NCBI GenBank assembly: GCA_963812015.1
Contig: CAWETI010000003.1
Span: 1,888,001-1,952,000 of the forward strand
Direction of reading: 5' to 3'
Length of the DNA stretch: 64,000 nt
From: an uncultured delta proteobacterium
Lineage (GTDB): Bacteria > Desulfobacterota > Desulfobaccia > Desulfobaccales > 0-14-0-80-60-11
The position numbers and the translations under genes were made by a program. Positions 27,780-37,850 of this stretch are shown here, piece after piece. How positions within the stretch are numbered: the first letter of the stretch is position 1; each line of letters opens with the position of its first letter. The notes below the pieces were generated by a model. That model searched no databases. It was not told the DNA's origin and worked only from the letters and a program-made list of their open reading frames with translations.

Positions 27780-28423
27780 TGTTCTCTTTTGTGAACATCT
27801 TTCCTAACCTGATCCCCTATCACGATTACCCCCCACACCTCCTAACCTTAAAAATCGATTAGGGGGGCCCCGAACCCGCCTGGTTGGTTTTCGCCAAAGG
27901 GAACGAGCCTTCCCTTCGGCGCCCCTTGACCGAAAAACTTCCCGGCTCGCCGCCCCTGCCAACGACTGCCCCGGCGCCATCATCCCACGGGTAAGGGGCC
28001 GCCCCGCCTCGATTAGCTTGGGGATTATTCACCAGGCAAAGTCATCGGGGAAAAAGTCTTCTCGAAATTCCGCCTGACCCCGTCAATGGCCGCTGGTAAG
28101 CCACCAGCTGAACCTAAGGTGACCGGGCCTGGGGAAATAAGCCATCCCCTGATTCTTTTTCTTGGGCTTTATTATTGATGGAGGTTTTGATATATTTATT
28201 AGGCAATATCAATTGCTGAGAGTGCGGTTCTTGCGATGGTAACCCCTCATTGTGTAAAGGGAAACGCCAACTGAGATTTTTTTCCAGCGTCCATCAATTA
28301 TATTGACATTTTCCTTTGTGCGCATATATTATGGCCTGGAAAGGAGTTTGTTGGCTTTTTCTCATTTACTCCACTGGGGGAGGAGAAGCCGGTAATCAAC
28401 CTTAGCAAAAAGGAGGAAGGTGT

Positions 28424-28762
28424 ATGCGGTCTAAATTGTTGGTCGGGTTGCTGGTGGTAGTGGTCGCGGTATTTTTCGTCTCTTCCCTCGCTACGGCTCA
28501 AAAGTTGGGAAGCGCTAAGTTGCTGTGCGTCTCCAAGAAAGAGCTGAAGGGCGAAGAGACTGTGGCTTCGTGCATGGCCAAAGGGGAACGGTTTGCCATC
28601 GTTGATCCTTATGGCATGGTGCGCATCTTAAGCCCGGAAGAAATAGAACTGACCAAGGCTTTTAATCCCAAAGCCTTCGAGACCCGGGCCTTTGGTATGA
28701 GATATCAGCAGTTGGCTCCGGCGCTGCCGCCCATGCCGTCTTTGACCCAGGAAGCTCCGTAA
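28424..28762 (+). CDS. Exported hypothetical protein with two Cys
   Basis: AGGAGG RBS, signal peptide, TTGACA/TATATT promoter at 28303-28330, terminator downstream. Confidence 0.75.
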   Translation: MRSKLLVGLLVVVVAVFFVSSLATAQKLGSAKLLCVSKKELKGEETVASCMAKGERFAIVDPYGMVRILSPEEIELTKAFNPKAFETRAFGMRYQQLAPALPPMPSLTQEAP

Positions 28763-28796
28763 GTCTATTTGCCAACTTCACTTCAGTATGCAGATG

Positions 28797-28829
28797 GCCC
28801 CCAAAGTGCGCTTTGGGGGCTTTCTCTTT
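28797..28829 (+). terminator. Intrinsic terminator
   Basis: GCCCCCAAAG-tgcg-CTTTGGGGGC followed by TTTCTCTTT. Confidence 0.75.
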
Positions 28830-28845
28830 AACATGAGAGGTTTTT

Positions 28846-29571
28846 ATGCTTGAGATCGATGACCTCTGGGTAAATATCGACGACAAGGAGGTGCTCAAGG
28901 GCATCAACCTCCGGGTGCCCGTGGGGGAGACCCATATCCTCTTTGGCAAGAACGGCTCGGGCAAATCCAGCCTGCTCATGGCCATCATGGGTTTCGAACG
29001 CTATCAGGTGAAGCAGGGCCGGATCAGCTTCCTGGGCCAGGATATCACCCAACTGCCCACCTATGAGCGGGCCCGCCTGGGCCTGGGCCTCTCCTTCCAG
29101 CGCCCCCCCACTATCCGGGGCGTCAAGACTGCGGACCTCTTGCGGGTCTGCTCCCGGGGCGTCGTCGCCCCCGAGGCCCTGGCCGCGGTGTATGATTTTA
29201 CCCCGTTTCTGGAGCGAGAGGTCAATTACGGCTTTTCCGGGGGGGAGATCAAGCGCTCCGAACTCCTGCAATTGCTGGCCCAGAACCCCAAGATGGTGCT
29301 CCTGGACGAACCGGAGTCGGGGGTGGACCTGGAGAACCTCCAGGTAGTGGGGAAGATCATCGCCCACCTGCTCCAAAAGGAGCGCCGCCGCCAGCACCGG
29401 GAAAAATCCGGCCTGATCATCACCCACACCGGCTTCATCATGGATTACGTCAACGCCGATCGGGCTTACATCCTGGGCGACGGCCGCATCTGCTGCCACG
29501 GCAACCCCGGGGAGCTCCTGCACGATATCAAGAACTTCGGTTACGAGGAATGCGCCAAATGTCGCAGATAA
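28846..29571 (+). CDS. sufC: SufC-like ATPase of a minimal Fe-S assembly system (SmsC)
   Basis: GKNGSGKS, FSGGEIKRSE, LLDEPESGVD and a C-terminal CxxC (CAKC). Confidence 0.9.
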   Translation: MLEIDDLWVNIDDKEVLKGINLRVPVGETHILFGKNGSGKSSLLMAIMGFERYQVKQGRISFLGQDITQLPTYERARLGLGLSFQRPPTIRGVKTADLLRVCSRGVVAPEALAAVYDFTPFLEREVNYGFSGGEIKRSELLQLLAQNPKMVLLDEPESGVDLENLQVVGKIIAHLLQKERRRQHREKSGLIITHTGFIMDYVNADRAYILGDGRICCHGNPGELLHDIKNFGYEECAKCRR

Positions 29572-30767
29572 AAAACCGGGCCGAGGAGAGTCGGCATAAA
29601 AAAGCCGCCTTCGGGTCTGATCTTAACCTGGAGGAGTTTTCCCGTCAGGGGGGCGCCTGGGAATACGACCCGGACTACCGGCAGTTTTCCCCGGAGGAAC
29701 GGAGCCGCCTGCTCACCACCGGCATCGAGCTCACTGACGAAGATCATGCCGCCACCTTCCTCCAGGCCGACAAGGCCATCGTCCACTGTCAGACCCGGCA
29801 ACCGGGGGTTGAAGTCCTGCCCATCACCGAAGCGGTGCGCCGCCACGGCTGGGTCAATAACCTCCTCTGGGGCCTGGTGGCGGTGGATGCCGACAAATAC
29901 ACCGCCGCCGCCGAGCTGGAGTTGGACAACGGGTATTTCATCAGGGCCCTCCAAGGGGCTCAAATCGCCCAGCCGGTGGAATCGTGCCTCTACCTGCGCA
30001 CCGACCGGTTTGCCCAACACGTGCACAACCTGGTGGTGGTGGAAGAGGGGGCCTCGCTTCACATCATCACGGGGTGCGCCACCCACCCCGGGGTCCGCTC
30101 CGGCCTTCACATCGGGGTCTCGGAATTCTACGTCAAGAAAGGCGGGCAGCTCACCTTCACCATGATCCACAACTGGGGCGAGGACGTCCATGTGCGCCCC
30201 CGCACCGCGGTCATGGTGGAGGAAGGGGGCCGCTACATCTCCAACTATATCCTGCTGCGGCCGGTGAAGACCGTGCAGATGTATCCCACCGTCACCTTGA
30301 ACGGCGCAGGCGCCGTAGCTCGCATCCAGTCCATCCTTATCGCCCATCCCGGCGGCGAGCTGGACGTGGGCGGCCGGGTGATCCTCAAGGCCCCCCACAC
30401 CCGGGCCGAAATCATCGCCCGCACCCTGGCCATCGGCGGCACCAGCATCGCCCGGGGCCACCTTGTCGGCCTGGTGCCGGACATCAAGGCCCACTTGGAA
30501 TGCCGGGGTCTCATCCTGGGCACCGGGGTGGTCTACGCTATTCCCGAACTGGAGGGCCGGGCGGCCGGGGTGGACATGTCCCATGAAGCCGCGGTGGGCA
30601 AGATCGCCGCCGAGGAAGTGGAATACCTCATGGCCCGGGGTCTGGACGAAGATGAAGCCGTCTCTACCATCGTCCGCGGCTTCCTCAACGTCAAGATCGA
30701 GGGCCTGCCCGCGGCCCTGGAGGAAGAAATGGAGCACGCTATCCAGGAAACCGGCAAGGGGCTGTGA
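29559..30767 (+). CDS. sufB: SufB/SufD-like scaffold of a minimal Fe-S assembly system (SmsB)
   Basis: IITGC, HLECRGL, PELE and SHEAAVGKIA...EYLMARG; overlaps the ATPase stop. Confidence 0.9.
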   Translation: MSQIKNRAEESRHKKAAFGSDLNLEEFSRQGGAWEYDPDYRQFSPEERSRLLTTGIELTDEDHAATFLQADKAIVHCQTRQPGVEVLPITEAVRRHGWVNNLLWGLVAVDADKYTAAAELELDNGYFIRALQGAQIAQPVESCLYLRTDRFAQHVHNLVVVEEGASLHIITGCATHPGVRSGLHIGVSEFYVKKGGQLTFTMIHNWGEDVHVRPRTAVMVEEGGRYISNYILLRPVKTVQMYPTVTLNGAGAVARIQSILIAHPGGELDVGGRVILKAPHTRAEIIARTLAIGGTSIARGHLVGLVPDIKAHLECRGLILGTGVVYAIPELEGRAAGVDMSHEAAVGKIAAEEVEYLMARGLDEDEAVSTIVRGFLNVKIEGLPAALEEEMEHAIQETGKGL

Positions 30768-30863
30768 GGTGACGGATATTCGAGGAGAGGTCCAGAGGCC
30801 GAAGAGGCCGAGGGCGGCCGGCTCATCCGGAAAATCCCCGTTGGCCGGTTGAGGCGGCAGGAA

Positions 30864-30906
30864 GAAATATTGCGGGGCACGGCGACGCCGTGCCCCGCAA
30901 TATTTC
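30864..30906. repeat. Perfect 21-bp inverted repeat (REP-like, possible bidirectional terminator)
   Basis: GAAATATTGCGGGGCACGGCG-A-CGCCGTGCCCCGCAATATTTC between convergent genes. Confidence 0.85.
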
Positions 30907-30928
30907 AGGACGGGGCGGCCCGGGCCGT

Positions 30929-31336
30929 TTACTTCGCCGGCGCCGGGCCTTTCACCGGAATGATTAGGTTGTCCCAGCCCAGCCTGCGGCTCAATCCTGA
31001 GCTGTGCGTCATCAGGCTGGTGAGAAACCAGCGCGACTGCCCCTCGGGGAGGGTGAGCAGCTGGAACCGGGCTTCATAAACCACAGGTTTTTGGTCCTTT
31101 TCGCTGGGGTTGGTGATGAGCACATAGGCTACCTGGGTGGCGGAGTTCTCCCCGGCCTTATAAAATCCATAGAATTCCGCCACCTTACAAAAGTTGGCGT
31201 TCCAGTTATCCAGGGTGTGCTTGGCCGCCGCCGCCGTCAACGGCGAAGCCTGCGGCGAAGAAGGAAAGGCGCAGCCCAGAAAACAACCCAGCAGGAGCAT
31301 CATTGCCGCCAAGCGGCACCAGCCCGACACCTTCAT
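30929..31336 (-). CDS. Putative lipoprotein
   Basis: AGGAG RBS; lipobox-like FLGC. Confidence 0.7.
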   Translation of the reverse strand: MKVSGWCRLAAMMLLLGCFLGCAFPSSPQASPLTAAAAKHTLDNWNANFCKVAEFYGFYKAGENSATQVAYVLITNPSEKDQKPVVYEARFQLLTLPEGQSRWFLTSLMTHSSGLSRRLGWDNLIIPVKGPAPAK

Positions 31337-31490
31337 GCCCTTCTCCTCCTTTGCCGGCATCGTTGAGAGCGCCTCCGGTTCCGGCCTCCAGCCATCCACG
31401 CAGGCGCGTTATCGCCGCCATAAAAAGATTATGCCCACCGCGGCGCAAGGCTGAACCAGAAAACCTTCTGCCTTCGGGGTTGGGCTTGCT

Positions 31491-31943
31491 TCATTGCTTC
31501 AGCAGCCCTGCTTCCTGGAGCCAGCGTTTTACCTGCTCGAAGGCATCCCGCCCCTGGGCCACCAGGTTGCCTTGAGGACTGAAAATCATGAAAAACGGCA
31601 CCTGCCGGATATTATGCTGCTGCGCCAGGGGCGAGCGCCAGTCAATCCCCTGGACATTCGGCCGGTTAATGTTGACTTTCTTAATGGCCAGGTCCGGGCG
31701 CTTGGCGGCCAGCTGTTGCATGAGGGGGGCCAGGCGGACGCACGGCGGGCAATAAGGGCTGTAGAAATCGATCAGGGTGGTTTTCCCCGGGGTCAACAGG
31801 GATTTAAGGTCCAGGGTCTCGCCGCCGTTGCCGGCATTGGCATCCGCGCCCGCCCCGGCCCAGACGCCGGAGGCCAGGAGCCCCAGAGACAGGATGGCCG
31901 CCAAGACCAGCGACTGCCGGATAAATTTGATGGGGCGCGCCAT
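31491..31943 (-). CDS. Exported thioredoxin-fold protein
   Basis: Signal peptide; DFYSPYCPPC; cis-Pro motif VP. Confidence 0.85.
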   Translation of the reverse strand: MARPIKFIRQSLVLAAILSLGLLASGVWAGAGADANAGNGGETLDLKSLLTPGKTTLIDFYSPYCPPCVRLAPLMQQLAAKRPDLAIKKVNINRPNVQGIDWRSPLAQQHNIRQVPFFMIFSPQGNLVAQGRDAFEQVKRWLQEAGLLKQ

Positions 31944-31978
31944 AGCCTTTACATAGTGCCTTACCTGATAGTTGTCAA

Positions 31979-32863
31979 TCATTTTCCCGCCGTCCCCCCG
32001 GACTCGGTATTCAGGATCAGGGGCATTCCGTCCCGCCCCCCGATGATGATGGTTTTGCTGTTTTGGGAGTCGGCCAGGGCCCGGGTGGTTTCGATGCCTT
32101 TCCAGCGTAGCAACTGGTCCGACAGTCCCTGGGAGATGATCCTCTGGAAGTCCTGGATTCCCTGGGCTTCGATCCGCTTGCGCTCCGCCTCCTGGCGCTC
32201 TTTGTCCAGGACAAACCGCATCTGTTGGGCCTGCTGGTCCGCAGCCAGCTTGGCGTTGATGGCTTCCACCACCAGCTTGGGCAGATCGACTTTACGCAGC
32301 AGGATGGTCTCCACGACTATCCCCCGCTTCCCCAGGTTCCCTTCCAGGTCCCGAAAAATTTCGCTGGAGATCAGTTCCCGGCTGGAGGTATACAGGTCCT
32401 TGGCTTCGTGATTGACGGTAATACCCCGGATAGCGGCCCGGAATTGCGGGTTGACCACCACCGCCTCATAATTGGGCCCCACCTGCCGGTAAACGTTGGC
32501 CGCCTCAGCCGATTTCAGGTGATAGAGGCAAGAGACCTCCAGGGCAACGTTGAGCCCTTCCTTGGAGGGCGCCTCGGCGTGCTCGAAGACCTCCTTGGTA
32601 CGGACGCTCATGAGTTCCATGTTGGCCAGGGGGTTGACCAGGTGCACCCCTTCGGGGATGGTGCCGTACACCTTCCCTAAGAGTACCAGGACCCCGACAT
32701 TGCCCGGGGGCACCACCTTGGCCGTGGATACCGCCACGGTCACCGCCAGGACCAGGATGGCCAGGACATAGCGGATTTGCGGGAACTTCTGGAAAGCCGG
32801 CACGTTGTGTCCCAGGACCACCAGGGCCAGGGCAATCAGTACTCCCAACAGGACCAAACTCAT
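31979..32863 (-). CDS. Prohibitin/SPFH (band 7) membrane protein
   Basis: VPPGNVGV, EGVHLVNP, SKEGL and QEAERKRIEAQG. Confidence 0.92.
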   Translation of the reverse strand: MSLVLLGVLIALALVVLGHNVPAFQKFPQIRYVLAILVLAVTVAVSTAKVVPPGNVGVLVLLGKVYGTIPEGVHLVNPLANMELMSVRTKEVFEHAEAPSKEGLNVALEVSCLYHLKSAEAANVYRQVGPNYEAVVVNPQFRAAIRGITVNHEAKDLYTSSRELISSEIFRDLEGNLGKRGIVVETILLRKVDLPKLVVEAINAKLAADQQAQQMRFVLDKERQEAERKRIEAQGIQDFQRIISQGLSDQLLRWKGIETTRALADSQNSKTIIIGGRDGMPLILNTESGGTAGK

Positions 32864-33031
32864 AGTTTCCTCCATCACCCGGAATCGAGGCTGCCGGGTG
32901 AGCCAAAGGTCAGGCTGCGGTCAAAGGGTTAACGGCAATGGGCAGAACGGGGCCGGCAACCGCATGAAGCAGAGGGGGCCGTCCCCATACCACTCCCTTC
33001 CCCGAGGGCGCCGCCGCCTTCGGGGTCGCGC

Positions 33032-33658
33032 CTATTTCTTCAACAGGCGGCTCCGGGAGCGGCCCACGTTCTGAAACACCGCTTGAAAGTCGCGATACAG
33101 GGTCTTATTGTGCCGAACCCGGTGACACTTTTTCAGATAGCGCTGAGGGTCGGGGTTGTCGGCCAAAAGATCCAGGCCTTCCCAACCCCCCGGCCGGGGA
33201 AAGGCGTAATACGGATATTCCTTGGGAATGCCGCGCACATAGGTCACCTGGGGGATCACCCACTCCAGCCGAGCCTGATAGAGCCGGTGCATGCCGTCGT
33301 TGATGAGCAGGGCCACCGTGCCGTCGGCCTCAAAGGACTCCTCCACCATGGGCGGGTAAAGATCGTAGACGACTTCTTCTCCGTCGGCCAGGCGCACCGT
33401 GTAGGTGACATAGCCGTCGAGCCGGAACAGATCTACCCCCCAGGCAGCCAGGCTCCAGCGTAATTCCTGGGTTTTGCGCAATTCCTGGAGCCAGATATAA
33501 TTCTGCGGCGGATGGAGGCAATTGGTGTGAATCTGCTCCAGGGTGATCAAAGCCTGCGAATAAATCAGGACATCTGTCCTTTCCAGGAGGGGTACCTGTC
33601 TCAGGCAACTAATTAATGCTTCCGGGGAATGTTTTTCCAGGGCGATAATGTCCATCAT
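33032..33658 (-). CDS. Hypothetical protein with ParB/Srx-like motif
   Basis: LHPPQ...PPMV...LLINDGMHR resembles the ParB/Srx core. Confidence 0.65.
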   Translation of the reverse strand: MMDIIALEKHSPEALISCLRQVPLLERTDVLIYSQALITLEQIHTNCLHPPQNYIWLQELRKTQELRWSLAAWGVDLFRLDGYVTYTVRLADGEEVVYDLYPPMVEESFEADGTVALLINDGMHRLYQARLEWVIPQVTYVRGIPKEYPYYAFPRPGGWEGLDLLADNPDPQRYLKKCHRVRHNKTLYRDFQAVFQNVGRSRSRLLKK

Positions 33659-33796
33659 GGTGAACGTATCCCGTTAAAAGGTTTAAGAATGAGAATGTTC
33701 AGGACAGGAGCCGGCGGTCCCGTTGATATTACCATCATCAAACCGGATGTGGGGAAAAATTGTGCGGGGCGGGGACAAAAAATGGGCTAAAAATCA

Positions 33797-33833
33797 AAGG
33801 TTCCCAACCCCTGGGGCAGGGGCCGGGAACCTT
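33797..33833 (-). terminator. Probable terminator
   Basis: AAGGTTCCC...GGGAACCTT inverted repeat. Confidence 0.55.
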
Positions 33834-33856
33834 GGTTTATCTTCACATCCTCCGGG

Positions 33857-34075
33857 TTAACAGTTGCCCCGGAGGAACCGAGTAGGCGGACTCAACAGGA
33901 ATGGCCCGAACCAGTCCTGGACAATGAAGCCGAAGTTGGGCTCTTCCGGCTGGGGCGCGTCTCCGAGACCCGCCTCGGTGTTCAAAAGTTCGATAAAACT
34001 CTCAGCCAGAATCTCCTCGGGGAGAGATTCGGGCAACCAGACTGGAGCGTATTCTTCTTTGCCGATGTATGCCAT
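33857..34075 (-). CDS. Small acidic hypothetical protein (72 aa)
   Basis: GAAGGA RBS, ATG at 34075, terminator downstream. Confidence 0.6.
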   Translation of the reverse strand: MAYIGKEEYAPVWLPESLPEEILAESFIELLNTEAGLGDAPQPEEPNFGFIVQDWFGPFLLSPPTRFLRGNC

Positions 34076-34131
34076 GGTTTCTTCCTTCGGCAATTTTTTA
34101 TGCAACTCCCGTACCACCTTCCAGTCAGGTT

Positions 34132-34791
34132 CTATTCTCCCGGCCAACCCTCCACCGGACAGTTGGCGCACCGGGGCTGAGGCCGGCACCACTCCTTCCC
34201 CAGCCGCACCAGTAATGCGTGATACTCCTGGTACAGGTCCACCTCAGCCGGTAGATGCTCCATGAACCACTGGCGCAACTCTTCATAAGCACAGGCTTCG
34301 GGAATGAGCCCATGACGGCTAAGGATGCGAAAAGTATAGGCATCAACCACAAACGTGGGTTTAGCAAGGGCATAGAGCAGAATACTGTCCGCGGTCTCCG
34401 GTCCGACTCCCTTGATGGTCAGGAGCGCCGGCCGCAAGGCCGACAGGTCGGCGGCCGCCATCCGGCCCAGGGAATTTTCGAAATGGTTCGCCAGGAAATC
34501 CAGGAAATTCTTGATCCGCCTGGCCTTAATATTATAGTAGCCCGCCGGTCGGATGAGCTGGGCCAACTCCGCCTCCGGCAGGTCGTGCAGGGCCTGGGGT
34601 TCGAGCAGGTCGTGGTCTTTGAGCACCCCGATGGCTCGGGCCACGTTGTTCCAATTGGTGTTCTGGGTCAGGATCGCCCCCACCGCCACTTCAAAGGGCG
34701 TCTCCCCCGGCCACCAGCCCTGGGGCCCAAAGGCTTCCAGCATTTTCTGGAAAAGCTCCTGCAGCAATGTTTTCGTGCGCCTCGATGACAT
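34132..34791 (-). CDS. HhH-GPD endonuclease III-related protein with [4Fe-4S] loop
   Basis: GAILTQNTNW, KGVGPETADSI, VVDAYT and C-x6-CxxCP. Confidence 0.9.
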   Translation of the reverse strand: MSSRRTKTLLQELFQKMLEAFGPQGWWPGETPFEVAVGAILTQNTNWNNVARAIGVLKDHDLLEPQALHDLPEAELAQLIRPAGYYNIKARRIKNFLDFLANHFENSLGRMAAADLSALRPALLTIKGVGPETADSILLYALAKPTFVVDAYTFRILSRHGLIPEACAYEELRQWFMEHLPAEVDLYQEYHALLVRLGKEWCRPQPRCANCPVEGWPGE

Positions 34792-35202
34792 GAATCCTTC
34801 CGGGGGTTAACCAAAGATAGGGTTGAGCTTTAACATTAACTGACAATATATTTCGGGCAAATCACCCGTAGGGCGAAGTTTCCCCGCCCCTGCGGCCTTT
34901 CGAATCAAGGAACAACCGAAATACTCTATGATGCGATAGCTCAGTCCGGGGCCTTACTGACCGGCCCCCCGGTAATTGTACCGGTTTTTTCGGGTGGAAA
35001 GGGGATTTTTGGAGATGCACCCGTCGGAGAAATCGGCGGCGGCGGCCCAAAGGCCCTGAGGGTACGCCCCTTGGGGTATATCCGGGTAGATTAAGATTTA
35101 TTTTACCGGGTCCATGTGGTAGAATGCCCCCAATTCTCTAGCGGCGGCCACGGCAAATTTACCTGGGAGCCCGGGCGGACTCACGTTCCAACAGGACCGA
35201 CA

Positions 35203-37137
35203 TTGACCAAGCACGTCACTTTCAAGCCCTACGAGATCACGGTCGAGGTGCCGGACGGCGAGAATCTGCTGAGGGCGGCCTTGCTGGCCGGCGTCCATAT
35301 CAATGCCTCCTGCGGCGGGGAGGGCGTCTGCGGCAAGTGCAAGGTGCTGCTGGAATCGGGCGAGTTGACGAGCACCCGTTCGGGGCTCCTGAGTGACGAG
35401 GAATGGGACCTGGGCTATCGCCAATCCTGCCAAAGCCTGGTCCATGGCGACGTGGTGATCCGCATCCCGCCGGAGTCGTTGCTGGACCGGCGTACCCTGA
35501 CCCGGCGCCGGACTGGCGTCGGCCTCCGGCCCAGCCCCATCGACCTGGATGCCTTGAAGTCCGCAGGGCTCTATAATCCAGCCTTCCAAAAGAAATTCGT
35601 CGAGTTGCCTCAACCTTCCCTGGCGGACAATGCCTGCGATCTGGGCCGCCTGGAGCAGGGTCTGGCTCGCCGACACGGCCTGGATAACGTGGCTGCCGAT
35701 TTCTTCATGCTCCGCCGTCTGTCCCAGGTGATGCGGGAGGATAACTTTCGGGTCACCACCACCCTGGATTTTGCCCAACGGCGCTCCCGAAAACCCCGGG
35801 TAGTGGATATTCAAGCAGGGGACACCACCCAGGAACACTATGCCATCGCCGTGGATATCGGCACCACCACCGTCTGGTGCCAGCTCCTGGATTTAGCCGC
35901 CGGCAAGATCATCGGCCACGCCGCGGATTACAACTCCCAGATGAGCTATGGGGACGACGTCATCAGCCGCATCGTCTTCAGCCAGAAAGACCAGGGTTTG
36001 CAAAAGCTCCAACGCTCCGTGGCCGCCACCATCAACCAGGTGTTGCACCGGCTCCTCAAAAAACACCAGTTGCCGGTGACCAAGATCTCCCACATCACGG
36101 TGGCCGCCAACACCACCATGACCCATCTGTTCTACGGCATCGACCCCAAGTATATCCGCCTGGCCCCTTATATCCCCGCCGCCTGCCATACCCCGCCGGT
36201 CCGGGCCCGGGACCTGGGCCTGGAGGTGCCGGACCACGTGTTCATCTATTCGGTGAGCTCCGTGTCCAGTTACGTGGGGGGCGATATCGTGTCCGGGGTC
36301 CTGGCCTCGGGCATCTACAAAGACCCCAAGCTGACCCTCTTCATTGATATCGGCACCAATGGCGAGATCGTCATCGGCAACCAGCAATGGCTGGCCTGCG
36401 CCGCCTGCTCCGCCGGCCCGGCTTTCGAGGGCGGCGGCATCAAATTCGGCATGCGGGCCGCGGCCGGCGCCATCGAGGAAGTGAGCCTTAATCCCGACAC
36501 TTACGAACCCATGCTGATCACCATCGACATGGTGAAACCCAAGGGCATCTGCGGCTCCGGCTTGATCAATATCCTGGCGGCCATGATGGAGGCCGATATC
36601 ATCTCCCCCAACGGCAAATTTCGGGATGACCTGAACACCCCCCGGATCCGTATGGGAGAGGAGGGCCGGGAATATGTCCTGGCCATGGCCCCCGATACCC
36701 AGAGCGGCCAGGACATCTCTTTGAGCGAGGACGATATCGACAATCTGATGCGGGCTAAGGGCGCCATGTTTGCGGGCTACGTCACCCTCCTGGAGAACGT
36801 CGGCCTCCAGCTCCAGGACCTGGAGCAGGTGATCCTGGCCGGGGCCTTCGGCAATTTCATCAATATCGACAATGCCATCGCCATCGGCCTGCTGCCCGAT
36901 CTGCCCCGGGAAAACTATCACTACGTGGGCAACGCCTCCCTCCAGGGGGCATCTCTGCTGGCCTTCTCCCGGGATCTCCTGGAGGAGGAGCGCCGGGTGG
37001 CGGACATGATGACCAATTTCGAGCTCTCCGAAACCCCGGGCTTCATGGACCAATACATCGCCGCCCTGTTTCTGCCCCACACCAAAATGGAATACTTTCC
37101 CAGCATCACCGAGCGACTGCAGGCCGCCAAAGATTGA
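35203..37137 (+). CDS. ASKHA/DUF4445 ATP-dependent reductive activator of corrinoid proteins (RACo-like) with N-terminal [2Fe-2S]
   Basis: CGGEGVCGKC, DIGTTT, YVGGDI, DIGTNGE, SAGPAFEG and GICGSG; TTG start after AGGA. Confidence 0.92.
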   Translation: MTKHVTFKPYEITVEVPDGENLLRAALLAGVHINASCGGEGVCGKCKVLLESGELTSTRSGLLSDEEWDLGYRQSCQSLVHGDVVIRIPPESLLDRRTLTRRRTGVGLRPSPIDLDALKSAGLYNPAFQKKFVELPQPSLADNACDLGRLEQGLARRHGLDNVAADFFMLRRLSQVMREDNFRVTTTLDFAQRRSRKPRVVDIQAGDTTQEHYAIAVDIGTTTVWCQLLDLAAGKIIGHAADYNSQMSYGDDVISRIVFSQKDQGLQKLQRSVAATINQVLHRLLKKHQLPVTKISHITVAANTTMTHLFYGIDPKYIRLAPYIPAACHTPPVRARDLGLEVPDHVFIYSVSSVSSYVGGDIVSGVLASGIYKDPKLTLFIDIGTNGEIVIGNQQWLACAACSAGPAFEGGGIKFGMRAAAGAIEEVSLNPDTYEPMLITIDMVKPKGICGSGLINILAAMMEADIISPNGKFRDDLNTPRIRMGEEGREYVLAMAPDTQSGQDISLSEDDIDNLMRAKGAMFAGYVTLLENVGLQLQDLEQVILAGAFGNFINIDNAIAIGLLPDLPRENYHYVGNASLQGASLLAFSRDLLEEERRVADMMTNFELSETPGFMDQYIAALFLPHTKMEYFPSITERLQAAKD

Positions 37138-37421
37138 CCTCTCCTGGAGGGGCCCTCAGGCGACTTCCACCCCCTCCCCTCTTTTCCTTTAAGGTTCAAA
37201 CTGATCGTTCCTTTCTTGTGAAATATGTAATAAATTATAAAGTTTCTTGACTCACCTGAGTAACCCCTATAATTTATGCGAACTTGTGAAAAATTAATCC
37301 GAAGCCAGGTTTTCAACCTTTGGTTCCGGTGCAGTGTTTTCTTAGCCCCGCCGGGTCTCCATCGATAGACCTGGACCGTATTCACCGGTTGTTCCGTGCG
37401 CTTTAGCCAAGGAGGGCAGTT

Positions 37422-37778
37422 ATGCAAATAAGGTGTCTGAAATGGCGGGGGGTTTCCATGTGGCCCCCTGAATGGGGGATTTCAGACCAGGGGATCGGTG
37501 AAGAAGGGGTTCTGGAAGAGGTTCACCTGCGGACTGACCTGAACCCAAAATTAATCAGTGTGATGGCCAATCATTTGGGCGATATCCGGAAAGGTATTAT
37601 GGTGCTGGAAGACTCCGCCCTCCTTGAGCTCGTTTATGGCAAGCTCAAACAGCAGGTGGGCCGTCCCCTCACCGAAATCGGGGACATGGAGATCAGTTTC
37701 TTGCCCCCCCTGCCGAAGCGCGGCCCGAGGCAGGCACGGCCCCCCTCCCCCCTCCGCTACAAATCTGTGGTCAAATAA
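37422..37778 (+). CDS. Hypothetical protein
   Basis: AAGGAGG RBS; sigma70-like promoter at about 37247-37275. Confidence 0.7.
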   Translation: MQIRCLKWRGVSMWPPEWGISDQGIGEEGVLEEVHLRTDLNPKLISVMANHLGDIRKGIMVLEDSALLELVYGKLKQQVGRPLTEIGDMEISFLPPLPKRGPRQARPPSPLRYKSVVK

Positions 37779-37850
37779 CCGGATGAAGACGGTTTTCCCC
37801 GGCGGTTGGACTGGCCCGGCTGGGACGCGTCATCCCCACCTGCCGCTTGC

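Noticed and set aside
27780..28300. Possible CsrB-like sRNA downstream of csrA-fliW (AGGTTAGGA twice on the minus strand; hairpin at 27892-27921)
   Set aside because: GGA words do not look enriched for GC-rich DNA and are not in repeated short hairpin loops
34860..35200. Cobalamin riboswitch upstream of the RACo-like gene
   Set aside because: Core elements (GGGAA..GGTG.AA.TCC, GCCACTG, B12 box) not found
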